The notes under the pieces: model-generated | Databases searched by the model: none | What the model was told of the DNA's origin: nothing | The model's input: only the letters and a program-made list of their open reading frames with translations | Part shown: piece by piece, positions 10,292 to 21,537 of the stretch | Layout: each line of letters opens with the position of its first letter | How positions within the stretch are numbered: the stretch's first letter is position 1 | Translations under genes and position numbers: made by a program | Origin: Candidatus Latescibacterota bacterium | GTDB taxonomy: Bacteria > Latescibacterota > UBA2968 > UBA8231 | Direction of reading: 5' to 3' | DNA length: 64,000 bases | NCBI GenBank assembly: GCA_965197905.1 | Contig: CBDAOB010000004.1 | Coordinates: 800,001 to 864,000, forward strand

Positions 10292-12424
10292 CTACCACCA
10301 GTGCACCCGATGCCCCTCTGTCGGAAACCAGATCAGATCCACCGTAGCCGAAAGGATAACCGCGGCCACATAACCGATGCCCACCCCGTAGAAGAACGGC
10401 TTGCCCGCCACATAGGCCGTCGGCCCGCCGAAGCGCAAAATCACCAGCTTGGCCATGAACACCACCGACAGGGTCAACCAGTAGAGATCGGGACCAAAAG
10501 TTCCCTCGAAAGCGAGGCCCACGGGATGGAGCGGAAACCAGTGGAATCGAGTCCGCAAAAAGGTCAGAACGGCCGCCTCGGTCCAACCGAACAGAAACAC
10601 GGCCAGCTTGCCCCAGTCAAACACGGTGGGATTGTGCAGGATATGAGAGATCTGTTCGTATACCAGGTTTACCCTGTAATGCGAGACGTATTGCATGGCC
10701 CCGCCCTCGGTGTAGACCAGGTCGATCAAGGTCACCGCCGCCACCACAAAACCCACCGGAAAAGCGATGAAGACCGCAGCCGTCACCCACCCGGGTTGCC
10801 GCTTCAGTGAAAACATGCGCAATATGTGGGTGATCGCCGGCCATGCCGGGATGAGAAAGGTGCCGAAGAAGGCCTTGCTGGTAAAAATCTTCATCGCCGT
10901 GAAGTCGCGCGCCGGAATATTGACGGTTCCGACAATCTCCTCCATGAAGCTATCGCCCTTCAAATGCGGCCGATACGGAAGCAGGTAGGCAAAACCCGTG
11001 GCCGCGATCAGCTTGGTCGTCGCCAAGAGGGTCAACACCATCAACACAAACACGCCGGCGGCGACCGGCAGGTTGATGCCCAGGCTCATCGCCCAGACGA
11101 GCACGTAGCACGTGGACAGTATCAGTCCGGTCCAGGCCAGACGATAGCGCCGCACCTCGCGGCGATCGCCCTCCCCGGTCCTGGCCTGGCGCCAGAGCTC
11201 GCGCAGATGTCTACGAGCGATCCAGATCGCCCACATCGCGATGAACATCAGGGCGCCGTAGTTCTCCAGAAAGATGAGGTATCCTCCAGTGATTTGCTGT
11301 CCCGGGGCCCCGACCGAAATTCCGACGCGATTTATGATCGACCCCTTGATGGTCAAATCAAACAGTTTAAAGAATACCAGGCTGCCCAGGATATCGAGCG
11401 GGCACAGATAGGTGACCGCCATTACAATGGGCATGAAACGAACCTTCCAATGGCCGATGAAGGGAATGCTTGGATCGAGGTATCGATACTTCTGCAAAAA
11501 TTCCAGGGGCACCAGACCGGGTGCGAAGTAGGTAAAAATGTTGTAGAGGATAGGCATAAAGGCTGCGAGGGCGCCGATCCAGAACAGACGCGAGCGGAAG
11601 AGATCGGGCATGCGCCGCGGCCCGTCGAACCCGCGCATCAGATCGAGGGGCATCTGCGCCAGCGGAAAGGTGAGCTTCTCGTTTTCCTCCCATTGCTTTT
11701 GAAAGAGGACGATGGTGCAGAATCCGAACGTCAGCATCGCCATCGATACACCCAACCATTGGAAGGTGACACCAACCCAGCCATCCCACGGCACCGCCGC
11801 CCCTTGCTGCAGACCGAACCAGAATCCCTGAACCAGAGAGGTGTCGGTGGGTGCAAAGACGCTCCAGGGGAGGTAATCAAAGAAGGTCTCCGCCCACAGG
11901 TTCTCTGCCGAGGCAAAGTAGGTCGGCGCCGTTAGGATCGGTGCCCAGAAATTGATCCACCCGTTCTGCGGGATAGTGCCAACGACCCACATCATCGCCA
12001 GGATGGTCAACAGCTCGCCCTGGCGCAGCGCCATCCCGGGCCACACACGCTTGAGCACCACGTTCAGAAAAAGCCAGAACACAAACGGAATGATGACCGC
12101 CATGGGAAACTGCGAGTGGACAAAGGTACCGGAACCGATCCGGTGCACTACCTGAGTGAGGTAGTAGAACATGGCGGTGATGGTCAAAAGGCCCAGGACT
12201 ACGGCGCGCAGGGTGATGACAGGCGGTGTGGCGGCGGTTTCTTCGGTGCCCGCACCGGCCGGCGAGGGCAGAGGAGATTCGGCTCTTGTCACTGGAATTT
12301 CAGTCGCGCCCTGTGTGGGGTCCTGGTAGCGGAGATCGACACTCGAGCGGACATGGGACGAGTGGCCCGGTGTCTCATCGGTGATGTGCAGATAGGTGGC
12401 GTCTCCCTTCTCGTGAGGCGCCAC
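10292..12424 (-). CDS. Polytopic membrane protein, DUF6785/DUF6784-like putative transporter
   Basis: QWEENEKLTFPLAQMP and WFPLHPVG motifs, many TM segments. Confidence 0.75.
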   Translation of the reverse strand: MAPHEKGDATYLHITDETPGHSSHVRSSVDLRYQDPTQGATEIPVTRAESPLPSPAGAGTEETAATPPVITLRAVVLGLLTITAMFYYLTQVVHRIGSGTFVHSQFPMAVIIPFVFWLFLNVVLKRVWPGMALRQGELLTILAMMWVVGTIPQNGWINFWAPILTAPTYFASAENLWAETFFDYLPWSVFAPTDTSLVQGFWFGLQQGAAVPWDGWVGVTFQWLGVSMAMLTFGFCTIVLFQKQWEENEKLTFPLAQMPLDLMRGFDGPRRMPDLFRSRLFWIGALAAFMPILYNIFTYFAPGLVPLEFLQKYRYLDPSIPFIGHWKVRFMPIVMAVTYLCPLDILGSLVFFKLFDLTIKGSIINRVGISVGAPGQQITGGYLIFLENYGALMFIAMWAIWIARRHLRELWRQARTGEGDRREVRRYRLAWTGLILSTCYVLVWAMSLGINLPVAAGVFVLMVLTLLATTKLIAATGFAYLLPYRPHLKGDSFMEEIVGTVNIPARDFTAMKIFTSKAFFGTFLIPAWPAITHILRMFSLKRQPGWVTAAVFIAFPVGFVVAAVTLIDLVYTEGGAMQYVSHYRVNLVYEQISHILHNPTVFDWGKLAVFLFGWTEAAVLTFLRTRFHWFPLHPVGLAFEGTFGPDLYWLTLSVVFMAKLVILRFGGPTAYVAGKPFFYGVGIGYVAAVILSATVDLIWFPTEGHRVHWW

Positions 12425-12459
12425 GCCCTGGCGATGGCTGCCAGAAGACTGCTCCCGAA

Positions 12460-13902
12460 CTATTGAAAGCGGAGGAACCCTCTTGCCTTCAGATTGTCAT
12501 AGCCGACAAACGGGTGACTCCACTCGGCCGCGCGGAACAGTCGAATAAAGTTCGTGCCCGAGAGCTCACCCGAGACCGGCGCCGGATGGTACACCGGATC
12601 CCAACGAAGCTCGCATTCGACAGACCAGAAGTCGTCTCCCACATAGGCCGCCGCCGTCGCCTCCGCATCCCAGCTGTAATCCCGGTCTCCCCAGTTTTTC
12701 GAGTCGTTCCAGCCATCCTTTACTAATCCCGCACTGTTGACCGCTATTGAAGCGATCGTTTTTGTGTCCAGGTTGCGATCGAGGCGGAACGTGATCGAAT
12801 CCTGGCGATGGTGCGGAGGGCCATCTTTATATGGACGTACTACCAGGCTTTCCGGATGGGCATCGGCGCAAAACACACCCCAATATAGGGCCCTATCGGA
12901 ATACCCGATCACCACACGGGTTTCAACCAGAGGTGGCAGCGTGGTGCGCGTGGCCCCATGGACAAAGAAGGAATCGATCCTGGCCGCGCCCTCCCAGGCT
13001 TCGTCGACCAACTGTCCGTCAATCGTCGGTGTTGTCTCGAGCTTGGGTACATCGACCAGCAGTCGATGTGTTCTCAATATCTCGATTCCACGCTCGCGCT
13101 CGACGAAATCCAGATAATACGTTCCCTGGTAGTACCTGCCCTGTTTGCTGGCTGGTGCGTAGGCGACTGCCACGGCAAAGAGAGAGTCCGCTTTTGAAAG
13201 GTCGGCTTTGAGGGCCGCCTCTCGCGCCTTCCCTGCCCACTTGGCGACGTACTCCTCGACCAGGTATAGCGCGGCCTCGCGGACCTCTTCGTCTTCCGAC
13301 TTCGCTCGTTCGGCGGCTAGCCGCCGCAAGGTCCGGGTCTGCTCCTCGTCCATCTGGCCCATGAAGTCACTTAGCGCGAGTAGAGCGGGGGCCTGCACCA
13401 GGGGTGAGGGGTCGGCGATGGCCTGCAGAAAAAGGTCAAAGAATTCGGAGCGCAGGTGAGGTCCGACCGTCTCGGCGATGCGTCCACGCACCATCGGGTC
13501 GGGATCCTCAAGCAGATGCTGCTCGATCACCGCTATGGACCGTTCGTCCATGAGTCTCACTGTCAGGCCCGCCAGAATGTGGGCTACTTCGGCACGGACT
13601 TTTGGGTCGCGCTCGCCCGATTCCAGTGCCTCTATAAGGGGCTCGATCGCTTCATCTGCGGCCAGGACGAGTTCGTGCCTGCCCGCGGCTTGCTCCTCGG
13701 GTCCGCCGCCGAGTTTGTCGATACTCTCTTCCATCGGTGACCCGCAAGCGGCAAGATAGAAGGCCGTAGTGAGGATCGAAACTCTTCTCGACGGGAGTGT
13801 TATCTGGAATCGATTCTGGAGTGCCAACGGAGCTGCTCCCCTGTTAATCACGTTATCTCGTAGCGATCGAAGAACGGGAGGCGAGAGAACAATTGCCAGC
13901 AA
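12460..13902 (-). CDS. HEAT-repeat + CBM9/DOMON-like sugar-binding protein, probable lipoprotein (start uncertain)
   Basis: LAAC lipobox-like motif, DPDPMVR/DEEVREAA repeats, PTIDGQLVDEAW and WSVE motifs. Confidence 0.7.
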   Translation of the reverse strand: MLAIVLSPPVLRSLRDNVINRGAAPLALQNRFQITLPSRRVSILTTAFYLAACGSPMEESIDKLGGGPEEQAAGRHELVLAADEAIEPLIEALESGERDPKVRAEVAHILAGLTVRLMDERSIAVIEQHLLEDPDPMVRGRIAETVGPHLRSEFFDLFLQAIADPSPLVQAPALLALSDFMGQMDEEQTRTLRRLAAERAKSEDEEVREAALYLVEEYVAKWAGKAREAALKADLSKADSLFAVAVAYAPASKQGRYYQGTYYLDFVERERGIEILRTHRLLVDVPKLETTPTIDGQLVDEAWEGAARIDSFFVHGATRTTLPPLVETRVVIGYSDRALYWGVFCADAHPESLVVRPYKDGPPHHRQDSITFRLDRNLDTKTIASIAVNSAGLVKDGWNDSKNWGDRDYSWDAEATAAAYVGDDFWSVECELRWDPVYHPAPVSGELSGTNFIRLFRAAEWSHPFVGYDNLKARGFLRFQ

Positions 13903-14063
13903 TTTCTTGACTCAACCGGAGGCGTGGCCGAGTCCGCACCTTCGCCAGCGAGCCTGCAGCATGAATCGACATCGAAGTATTGCCACCAGACCCGCTCGTT
14001 CCCCGTGGCACGCCATTCGCGGTGCTAGGCGCCGGCCTAACTGTTCCCGTTGCCGGTCATCGC

Positions 14064-14960
14064 TCAGCCGAACGAAGGCGCGACCCAGTCGTGCCCCAAG
14101 CTGCGTTGGAAATCACAGTATTCGCTGAGGATGTCGTCGCGGCTGACAAACCGCTTGTACACTAGACGACCGTTCCACGATCCTTCTGAGTTTGCGGCAG
14201 GATCGTCGGTGTAGAGGAAGAAATCCCACGCCGGGTTGCGGTCGGAGCAATTCTCCACAAATCCTCCTCCGCCCATTCCATGACATACCACCACGCCCTG
14301 CGGGCGTTCGAACATGATAGCAAAGGCCATGTCGCCGCGACGACCGAGAAACATCGGGACGGTGTAGCGAATCGGCGCCAGCGACGTGTAGAGGCCGTGG
14401 TCATGTTGGCCGAACTCCAGGTCGTAAGGATCCTCTTCCCAGGTAACGGCGCAGTCACGGCCTTGGTATGTTGTACAGAACTGAACCCACATCAGCGTGT
14501 CGTAGACATCCCGGCTCAACACGTAGATCGCCTTGTTCTCCGGTTCGTCGATGTAGCTGGCAAAGAAGAAGCCGGCGACACCCGTCGGAAAGGCTGCCGG
14601 TTCGTGCAGGCGATAGCGGAAGCTCCAGTCGAGATGAGCCCGCCCCGCAGTACGGTATGTCATCCAGCTCTCAACGTGATGTGTGGGGGTCGGAGATTGA
14701 TGCAGGGTAACCTGACGCTCAACCTCATCGACAATCAGCTGCGTCGGGTGAGCCCTCGGTTCCGCGGAATCTTCTGCTGACTTCGGCGCGATGAATTCAA
14801 AGTTCATACCGCAGTATCGCGGCACGAACAGCGACCTGGCGTCGTGGACGGATGTCATCCGCCAGATGCCGTTGTAGCCTGCTTCGCTGTGCTCGTGAGA
14901 AGAGTTGTCACCGACGACGAGGGTGAGCTCTTCTGTTGTCAGCTGGTGAAAGGATGCCAT
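14064..14960 (-). CDS. Hypothetical beta-rich protein
   Basis: Long ORF whose 3' third is duplicated at 29403-29775. Confidence 0.7.
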   Translation of the reverse strand: MASFHQLTTEELTLVVGDNSSHEHSEAGYNGIWRMTSVHDARSLFVPRYCGMNFEFIAPKSAEDSAEPRAHPTQLIVDEVERQVTLHQSPTPTHHVESWMTYRTAGRAHLDWSFRYRLHEPAAFPTGVAGFFFASYIDEPENKAIYVLSRDVYDTLMWVQFCTTYQGRDCAVTWEEDPYDLEFGQHDHGLYTSLAPIRYTVPMFLGRRGDMAFAIMFERPQGVVVCHGMGGGGFVENCSDRNPAWDFFLYTDDPAANSEGSWNGRLVYKRFVSRDDILSEYCDFQRSLGHDWVAPSFG

Positions 14961-15183
14961 TGGATGCGGCGCTTTGCTCGAAGAATTGTGAGCATAAACA
15001 GGGCGTTCGTCGGTCTCGGGGCAAGGTCCGAGATTCTCAGACTCCAGCTTTTCTCCAAGTTTCAATGTGTAACCGCTTCCATTTTTCGCATATTCCGCTT
15101 GCAATCAACTCAACTAGTCCGGCAACCGATCTGCCACACGACGATGCACAGAGCTCGAAATCCACATGAGGGACCCGATGTTT

Positions 15184-16476
15184 GGGTGTAGCCTCGTTTT
15201 TACGCTGCCCTTTTCAGGGTTGTTATGGGTGTGGTCTGCTGGAGATACCAGTTCCAGAAAGCATCCCATCGTTTCGATTGCACCTGGACTCGTAGGTTGA
15301 GGATCTGCTGACCTCCGTGGCGGGTCCATCGCATGCCGCTGCGTTTGAGTCGGTGGCCGACGATGGTCTTGGCGGCGGCCTCCACAGGGCCACTGGAGAT
15401 GATGTGATAGCCGCGTATTCCAGTCCCGGTTGTTGCGTTCGGTGGTCGCCTGGCGATAACGGTCCGATCGTCTTCGGAGTTTGCGACGGTGGTAGGAAAA
15501 AGAGCGGATCAAGCCCGCCACGGCGTTGGGTGTATGGCGCAGTTTGTGCCGCCAGGATCGATACCAGCGATCCGCCTTCGCCGACTTTTTGCCGAAAAGG
15601 TGCTCCGCCGCCATCGACAGATGCTGCGCCGCGTGATAGAAGTCCAGAATGCGGGTGAAACCCTCGAACACACCATGCTCGTCGACGATGCGCCAGATCT
15701 CTCGTTTGCCGTCGGCCAAAACGACACGATGGTCGTAGCCATGCAACGCCCGGGCCGTCTGCTCCACCAGGCCGTTGACCAGGGTCGTCATCTTCGCTTC
15801 CGGCATACGCGCGGCATAGCGCACATCGACTCGTTCCGGCTCTTCGACCTCTGGATCCAGCGGCGTCAGGTAGGTGGCGACCATGCCCACACCCGCCTCC
15901 TTCCAGGCGGTGGGCGTGGTGTCGGTGGCCGTGGCCATCGGTCGCTCGGCCGGACGTCCGCGCTTGGGCGCTGGCTCTCGCAGGGGGACGGTGACGCCGT
16001 CCCAGCTCACAACGAGCGTGTCGCCCTCGGCGTCCAGCGGCGCCGCGCCTTGCAAGGCCAGCTCGAGCTGTTCGGCCCCGTCCTCGGCACACTGTCCGAC
16101 GGTGGTCAATACGTGCTGGATAGCCGTACGCGATGGCGGCTCCGGCAGCACTTCACCCAAGCTGTCCTCGACTTCGGCCGGGACCAACCGGGCGCCCAAA
16201 AACGCCGTCACACGCTCCAACTCCGGCACCATGAATCGATTCACCATGCCGCAACGCTCATCCAGCGGCACCCGGCTCGGTCCGCCATGGTCTTCCTGAT
16301 ACAGCCGACGTGGCACTACGACCTTGCCCCACAGACTCATCCACTCCTTGTCCGGCAACCGATCTGCCACACGACGATGCACAGAGCCGGCGGCGAAGCT
16401 CGAAATCCACATGAGGGATCCTGCGTATTTTCCATCTGGGACCTCCTTCCGGGATGTCCTTAACGACAGAATTGGG
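15184..16476 (-). mobile_element. ISKra4/ISLre2-like IS, degenerate copy 1
   Basis: Nearly identical to 37862-39393 and starts with the same GGGTGTAGCCTCG end. It has internal deletions and a scrambled far end. Confidence 0.85.
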
Positions 16477-19038
16477 GTGGCCCATCCTGAACGACAGCAA
16501 TGGCCCATCCTGAAGGAATATGATCAACAGCATCTGGCCCGTATCGCCCTGCCATTGGGGGGCATCGGCACCGGCACGGTTTCCCTGGGAGGTCGCGGCG
16601 ACCTGCGAGATTGGGAGATCGTCAACCGTCCTGCCAAGGGGTTTGTGCCCGCCTTTCCACCGGGCGTAATAGGCGTCTCCTCTTTCTTTGCGATTCACGG
16701 GCAAGATGGCCAGGGCCGGTCTTTCACCCGCGCTCTAGAAGGACCCTTGGAAATGGAGGACTATGAGGGAGCGTCCGGCAGTACCGTGCCGAACCATGGC
16801 CTGCCGCGCTTCCGCCGTTGCTCATTCGCCGCCGCCTACCCGTTGGGCCAACTGTTTCTGGCCGACGACGACCTGCCCGTGGAAGTCCGTCTGGAGGCGT
16901 TCAATCCACTCGTTCCGGCGGATGCCGATGCCAGCGGCCATCCGGTTGCGGTGCTCCGCTTCGTCCTGCACAACAAAGGCGGGGAAACACTGCAGACATC
17001 GGTCTGTGGATCGATCGTGAATTTCATTGGCGCCGACGGATCGGCGGGCGAGCCCAGGAGGAACCGCAACCGCTTCAAAGATGGGACGGCGGTCCGGGGC
17101 ATCTTCATGGATTCGGAAGGCGTGGCATCGGAGGATGAACGTTGGGGCACCATGGCCCTCACCGCGGAGCCCGGAGCCGCGGTCAGTCACAGCACCGCCT
17201 GGAGGTCGCGGGACTGGGGCAGTGGCATGCTCGACTTCTGGGACGATTTCAGCGCCGATGGTCGGTTGTCGGAACGGGACGCCGGGGGTGCCGACGCGCC
17301 CATCGCTTCGCTGGCGGTGAGCCAGGAGATCCCCGCCGGCGGAACCGCGGAGGCGCTCTTCCTACTGACCTGGCATTTCCCCAATCGTGTGACCTGGAAT
17401 CCCCCCCAACCGAACGCCGAAGAATCCTGCTGTGACGATGGCGATCCGGAGCGCGTCGGCAACTACTACACCACTCGATACAAGGATGCCTGGGAGGTTG
17501 CCGAGCAGGTGATGGTTGCCGAGCAGGTGATGGTTGCCCTGCCCGAGCTGGAGGAAACCACGGTCCGTTTTGTGCAGAGCTTCTGCGACAGCGATCTGCC
17601 AACCGTCGTCAAAGAGGCCGCCCTGTTCAATCTGGCGCACCTGCGCACGCAGACCTGCTTTCGCACCGAGGATGGTCGCTTTTTCGGTTTTGAAGGGTGT
17701 CACGACCAGGCTGGTTGCTGCCATGGCAGCTGCACCCACGTATGGAATTACGAGCAAGCGACCGCCTTCCTCTTCGGCGATCTGGCCGCATCGATGCGCG
17801 ATACGGAGTTCCGCCATGCCACCGGCGACGATGGCCTCATGAGCTTTCGCGTCAATCTGCCGCTGTCGCGCGCCCGGGACTACGGACTTGCCGCCGCCGA
17901 TGGCCAGATGGGTTGCCTGATGAAACTCTACCGCGACTGGCAGCTCTCAGGCGATGACGCCATGCTGCGGGAGCTTTGGCCCAAAGCCCGTCGGGCACTC
18001 GAGTTCTGCTGGATCGACGGGGGTTGGGACGCCGATCAAGACGGCGTGATGGAAGGCTGTCAGCACAACACCATGGATGTGGAGTATTACGGTCCCAATC
18101 CACAGATGGGCGCCTGGTATCTGGGCGCGTTGCGGGCAGGGGAGAAAATGGCCCACTACCTGGGCGAGCAGGCGTTTGCAGGAAGATGCCGCGAACTGTT
18201 CGAACAGGGCAGCCAATGGTTGGATGCGCATCTTTTCAACGGCGAATACTACGAACACGAAATCCGTCCGCCTCAGGTGTCACCCGCCGCGGGTTTAACG
18301 CGGGGTCGGGGTGCCACCAATCTCGAGGAGCCCGAACTACAGCTGGGCTCGGGTTGCCTCGTGGATCAGCTCGTCGGCCAGTTCATGGCCCATATCTGCG
18401 GGCTGGGATACCTGCTAGATCGGGAGCACGTGAAGACCACCCTGCGGAGCATCGTAAAGTACAACTTCCGACAGGGGTTCCACGACCATTTCAACAACAT
18501 GCGCAGCTATGTCCTGGGCGACGAGTCGGCGCTGTTGATGGCCACCTATCCGCGCGGCAACCGGCCACAACAGCCGTTTCCCTACTTCAGCGAGGTCATG
18601 ACCGGGTTCGAATACACGGCGGCGGCGCACATGCTCTACGAAGGGCAGACCGCCGCCGGCCTGGACTGCATCCAGGCGATTCGCGCTCGCTACGACGGTC
18701 ACAGACGCAGCCCCTTCGACGAGGCAGAATGCGGCCATCACTACGCCCGGGCTATGGCCTCATGGGCTGCGGTGCTGGCGCTAACCGGCTTCCACTACTC
18801 GGCAGTGGAACGGGCGATACGTTTTGCCGGACAAGAGGGCACCTGGTTCTGGTCGACCGGACGGGCTTGGGGTCAGTGCATACAGCAGGCTCATGAAGAG
18901 GGCGTGCGCGTAACACTGTATGTCGGGCACGGTTCGGTTGAGCTGCAGCGAATCGTGCTGACCGGCATCGGCGAGATTGAGGACCCAGACCCGGTGCGAC
19001 TTGGACCGGGACAGCAGAAGACGTGGGAGATCGGCTGA
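16411..19038 (+). CDS. GH116 glycoside hydrolase (GBA2-type beta-glucosidase); 5' end uncertain
   Basis: LPLGGIGTG, GSCTHVWNY, QHNTMDVE and ECGHHYARAMASW motifs. Confidence 0.92.
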   Translation: MRDPAYFPSGTSFRDVLNDRIGVAHPERQQWPILKEYDQQHLARIALPLGGIGTGTVSLGGRGDLRDWEIVNRPAKGFVPAFPPGVIGVSSFFAIHGQDGQGRSFTRALEGPLEMEDYEGASGSTVPNHGLPRFRRCSFAAAYPLGQLFLADDDLPVEVRLEAFNPLVPADADASGHPVAVLRFVLHNKGGETLQTSVCGSIVNFIGADGSAGEPRRNRNRFKDGTAVRGIFMDSEGVASEDERWGTMALTAEPGAAVSHSTAWRSRDWGSGMLDFWDDFSADGRLSERDAGGADAPIASLAVSQEIPAGGTAEALFLLTWHFPNRVTWNPPQPNAEESCCDDGDPERVGNYYTTRYKDAWEVAEQVMVAEQVMVALPELEETTVRFVQSFCDSDLPTVVKEAALFNLAHLRTQTCFRTEDGRFFGFEGCHDQAGCCHGSCTHVWNYEQATAFLFGDLAASMRDTEFRHATGDDGLMSFRVNLPLSRARDYGLAAADGQMGCLMKLYRDWQLSGDDAMLRELWPKARRALEFCWIDGGWDADQDGVMEGCQHNTMDVEYYGPNPQMGAWYLGALRAGEKMAHYLGEQAFAGRCRELFEQGSQWLDAHLFNGEYYEHEIRPPQVSPAAGLTRGRGATNLEEPELQLGSGCLVDQLVGQFMAHICGLGYLLDREHVKTTLRSIVKYNFRQGFHDHFNNMRSYVLGDESALLMATYPRGNRPQQPFPYFSEVMTGFEYTAAAHMLYEGQTAAGLDCIQAIRARYDGHRRSPFDEAECGHHYARAMASWAAVLALTGFHYSAVERAIRFAGQEGTWFWSTGRAWGQCIQQAHEEGVRVTLYVGHGSVELQRIVLTGIGEIEDPDPVRLGPGQQKTWEIG

Positions 19039-19182
19039 AGTTGCAGACATTTGGTCACATCGTCGGGTGCGACCCGTTCGGCAGGATGTAATTGGCAATA
19101 TCCCTCTCCAATCCATGGAATCGGGCAAAGACCGCCGAGTACCATGCCCGCGGCCGCTTCGAGAACCAGAGTCGCTTGCTAC

Positions 19183-21039
19183 TCACGGCTCGCGGGTGAG
19201 TGCACCAGCTCGGGCGAGCCAGGGTTGGAGGTGCGGACCCATGCTGGGATCATGGAAGAGGGCTCGCCTAAGATGGTCGTACGCCGATTTGGGCTGCCCC
19301 AGCTCGAGGCTCGCCTTTCCAATCAAAACGTGGATTTGGGGCTGCGCGTCGCGAATTGCCAGCGAGCGTGTCCAGCGCTCCACGGCAAGCGCGGTCTTAC
19401 CCTTCCTGTATGCTAGAGTGCCGAGAGCGTTCAGTGACACCGGCGTTGAGCGGATCTGCAGCGAAAGTTCCAAGGCCCTCTCGGTTTCTTCGAGCCTCCC
19501 CTTCTCAAACAATCTCTCGGCCACGGCGGAGTAGGACACAACCATGGACTCCGTCGCCTTGTCCGTATACCTGTGGGCCTGCTCTGTACCTTCCTCGAGA
19601 ACACGAATCGCCAGGTCGTCCAGGCCAAGCTCCACCAAGGACAGTGCAGAAGACCCGGGAATTAGATGAATGGTACCGTGGCTGGAAGCGTGCAGGGTTC
19701 CGCCGGAACCGCTCTCCGGACGGTACTGTCGTCGGGCTTCCTCGCTCGCTGCGTGCTTGCCCTGGGCGGAGAGGATTTCCGCCCGCAGCAAATAAGCTGT
19801 TTTGGCGCGTGGATACCTAAATAGGGATTCACCAACCTGCTCGGCGGCAGCGCTATAATCTCCGCTAGTCAACCGATCCGCGGCAGCAAATAGCAGCCTG
19901 TCGGAACAATTCACATCGTTGATAAACTCGCGCCGCCACGTTTCCAAGGAACCGTCCATCTTTCTTTTGTCCATGCGATATACAAGGACGGCCGGATGAT
20001 CGTAACCGATAAAGGAGGGTTCACTACCGCTGTCATCGAAATCAACTCCGAATAGCCGAGGGCTCACCTTGTACCTTCTTACCAATTCGATCCCCAGCTG
20101 TCCGTCATTCAACCTTTCGTAGAACCCGGCGACGACGGGAAAAAGGTCTGGGACTGCGCGATACTGCGCCATGCGATTGGCGTCGACGATGGCAAAATAG
20201 TCCATCTTCTCGAGACGTTGACGCAGCAGGTCGAGCCGCGTTGTGCAAAGCAGATAAGGAGAGGCGTAAAAAATATGCGGCAAACCGAGCCAAGTCTTCT
20301 CGAGTCGGGGGTCGTCGAGGAGGCGATGCAACGGAAACCCTCCCGCTTCCAGGCCCAATACACTTTTTGGTGGAAGGTTTTGCTCAATCCATCTGGAAGC
20401 CTGCAAGCGACTATCTTCCTCGAGATAGACGCGACCGAAGGAGATACCTGACGCCGTCGTCGGTACGAGCAGCCCCGCCATCAACAGGATACCAAGCGGT
20501 CGCCGGTTGGACCAGACCCGCGCCAGCAGGTCGGCAGTTAAGATTGCGATTGCTGGTATGATGGGCGAAACATGACGCACCGACTTCGAGAACAGGCCGC
20601 CTACCAACAGGAAGTACATGATTATCCAGGAGAGAAGCGCGATGCGCGGGGTCGTTCTCGCTCGCAGCGAATGGATGACCGCAATGGCCCCGAGCCCACT
20701 CGCAACAGTGCCGATGGTCAGTGGCAGCAGATGCGTCCATTGGTAGAGATACGGAATGGCGTGATAGTCGACCAGGGTCCAGGGTTGTAGAATCTCACCG
20801 CGAGCGATCTGGATGGCGTGGCCGAAATCAGTGTGGACGTTGGCGAGGAACAGTTGGCTCGGTTTCGCGAGCAGATTGGGCTGTGCCAGTAGCAATGTTG
20901 ACAGCGCGATCAAGGCGGCCACGGTCAGGTTCCCCAGAGCCGACTTCCTGCCATTTCGCGTTTGAAGTAGGCTCACATCGAGAGCATACCGAGTAGCCGC
21001 TGCACCGGCAACGTGGGCGCCCAGGATCGGTGCCTTCAC
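19183..21039 (-). pseudogene. GT-C/PMT-like membrane glycosyltransferase with C-terminal TPRs, N-terminally truncated
   Basis: TM segments, ASRWIEQNLP, EPSFIGYDHP and TPR tail. No convincing start; begins inside a duplicated junction. Confidence 0.6.
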
Positions 21040-21537
21040 CGGAGAATAACGGCTACTTGCAAAAGCGCTTTCACCTCAGAATCCGATAGCGCACGGTTGT
21101 AGAGCATGGTGGCGCAGGTCGCTTAGGCAGCCATTGAAGGTGGGGCCATAGTAGGTGAGCGCCGAAGCCGATATAAAGCGGCTTGTCGTTGGAGATGTCG
21201 TACTGGCCGGGGTCGAAGGGAGTGGACCTCACGCTTGCGCGTTTCCACCCGTGGCCACATCGCCTCGCCGAGGTTCAAGGGGTTGGTCAAGCCATCAGTT
21301 CCGGTAGGCTCACATCGAGAGCATACCGAGTAGCCGCTGCACCGGCAACGTGGGCGCCCAGGATCGGTGCCTTCACCACGGCTACTTCAAAAGCGCTTTC
21401 ACCTCAGAATCCGATAGCGCACGGTTGTAGAGCCGCAGGTCGCTTAGGCAGCCATTGAAATAGTCGTGAGCGCCGAAGCCGATATAAAGCGGCTTGTCGT
21501 TGGAGATGTCGTACTGGCCGGGGTCGAAGGGAGTGGA
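20968..21537. repeat. Imperfect tandem duplication of a gene junction (about 20968-21227 vs 21305-21537)
   Basis: TAGGCTCACATCGAGAGC...GCCTTCACC and the 3' end of gene 21382-23031 each occur twice. The first copy carries small insertions. Confidence 0.9.

Noticed and set aside
16324..16410. Extended N-terminus of the 904-aa GH116 ORF
   Set aside because: Derived from antisense IS sequence and the duplicated flank.
20968..21537. Tandem duplication as a biological repeat system
   Set aside because: Near-identical copies with short nonsense insertions look like consensus noise. Kept only as a repeat feature pending reads.
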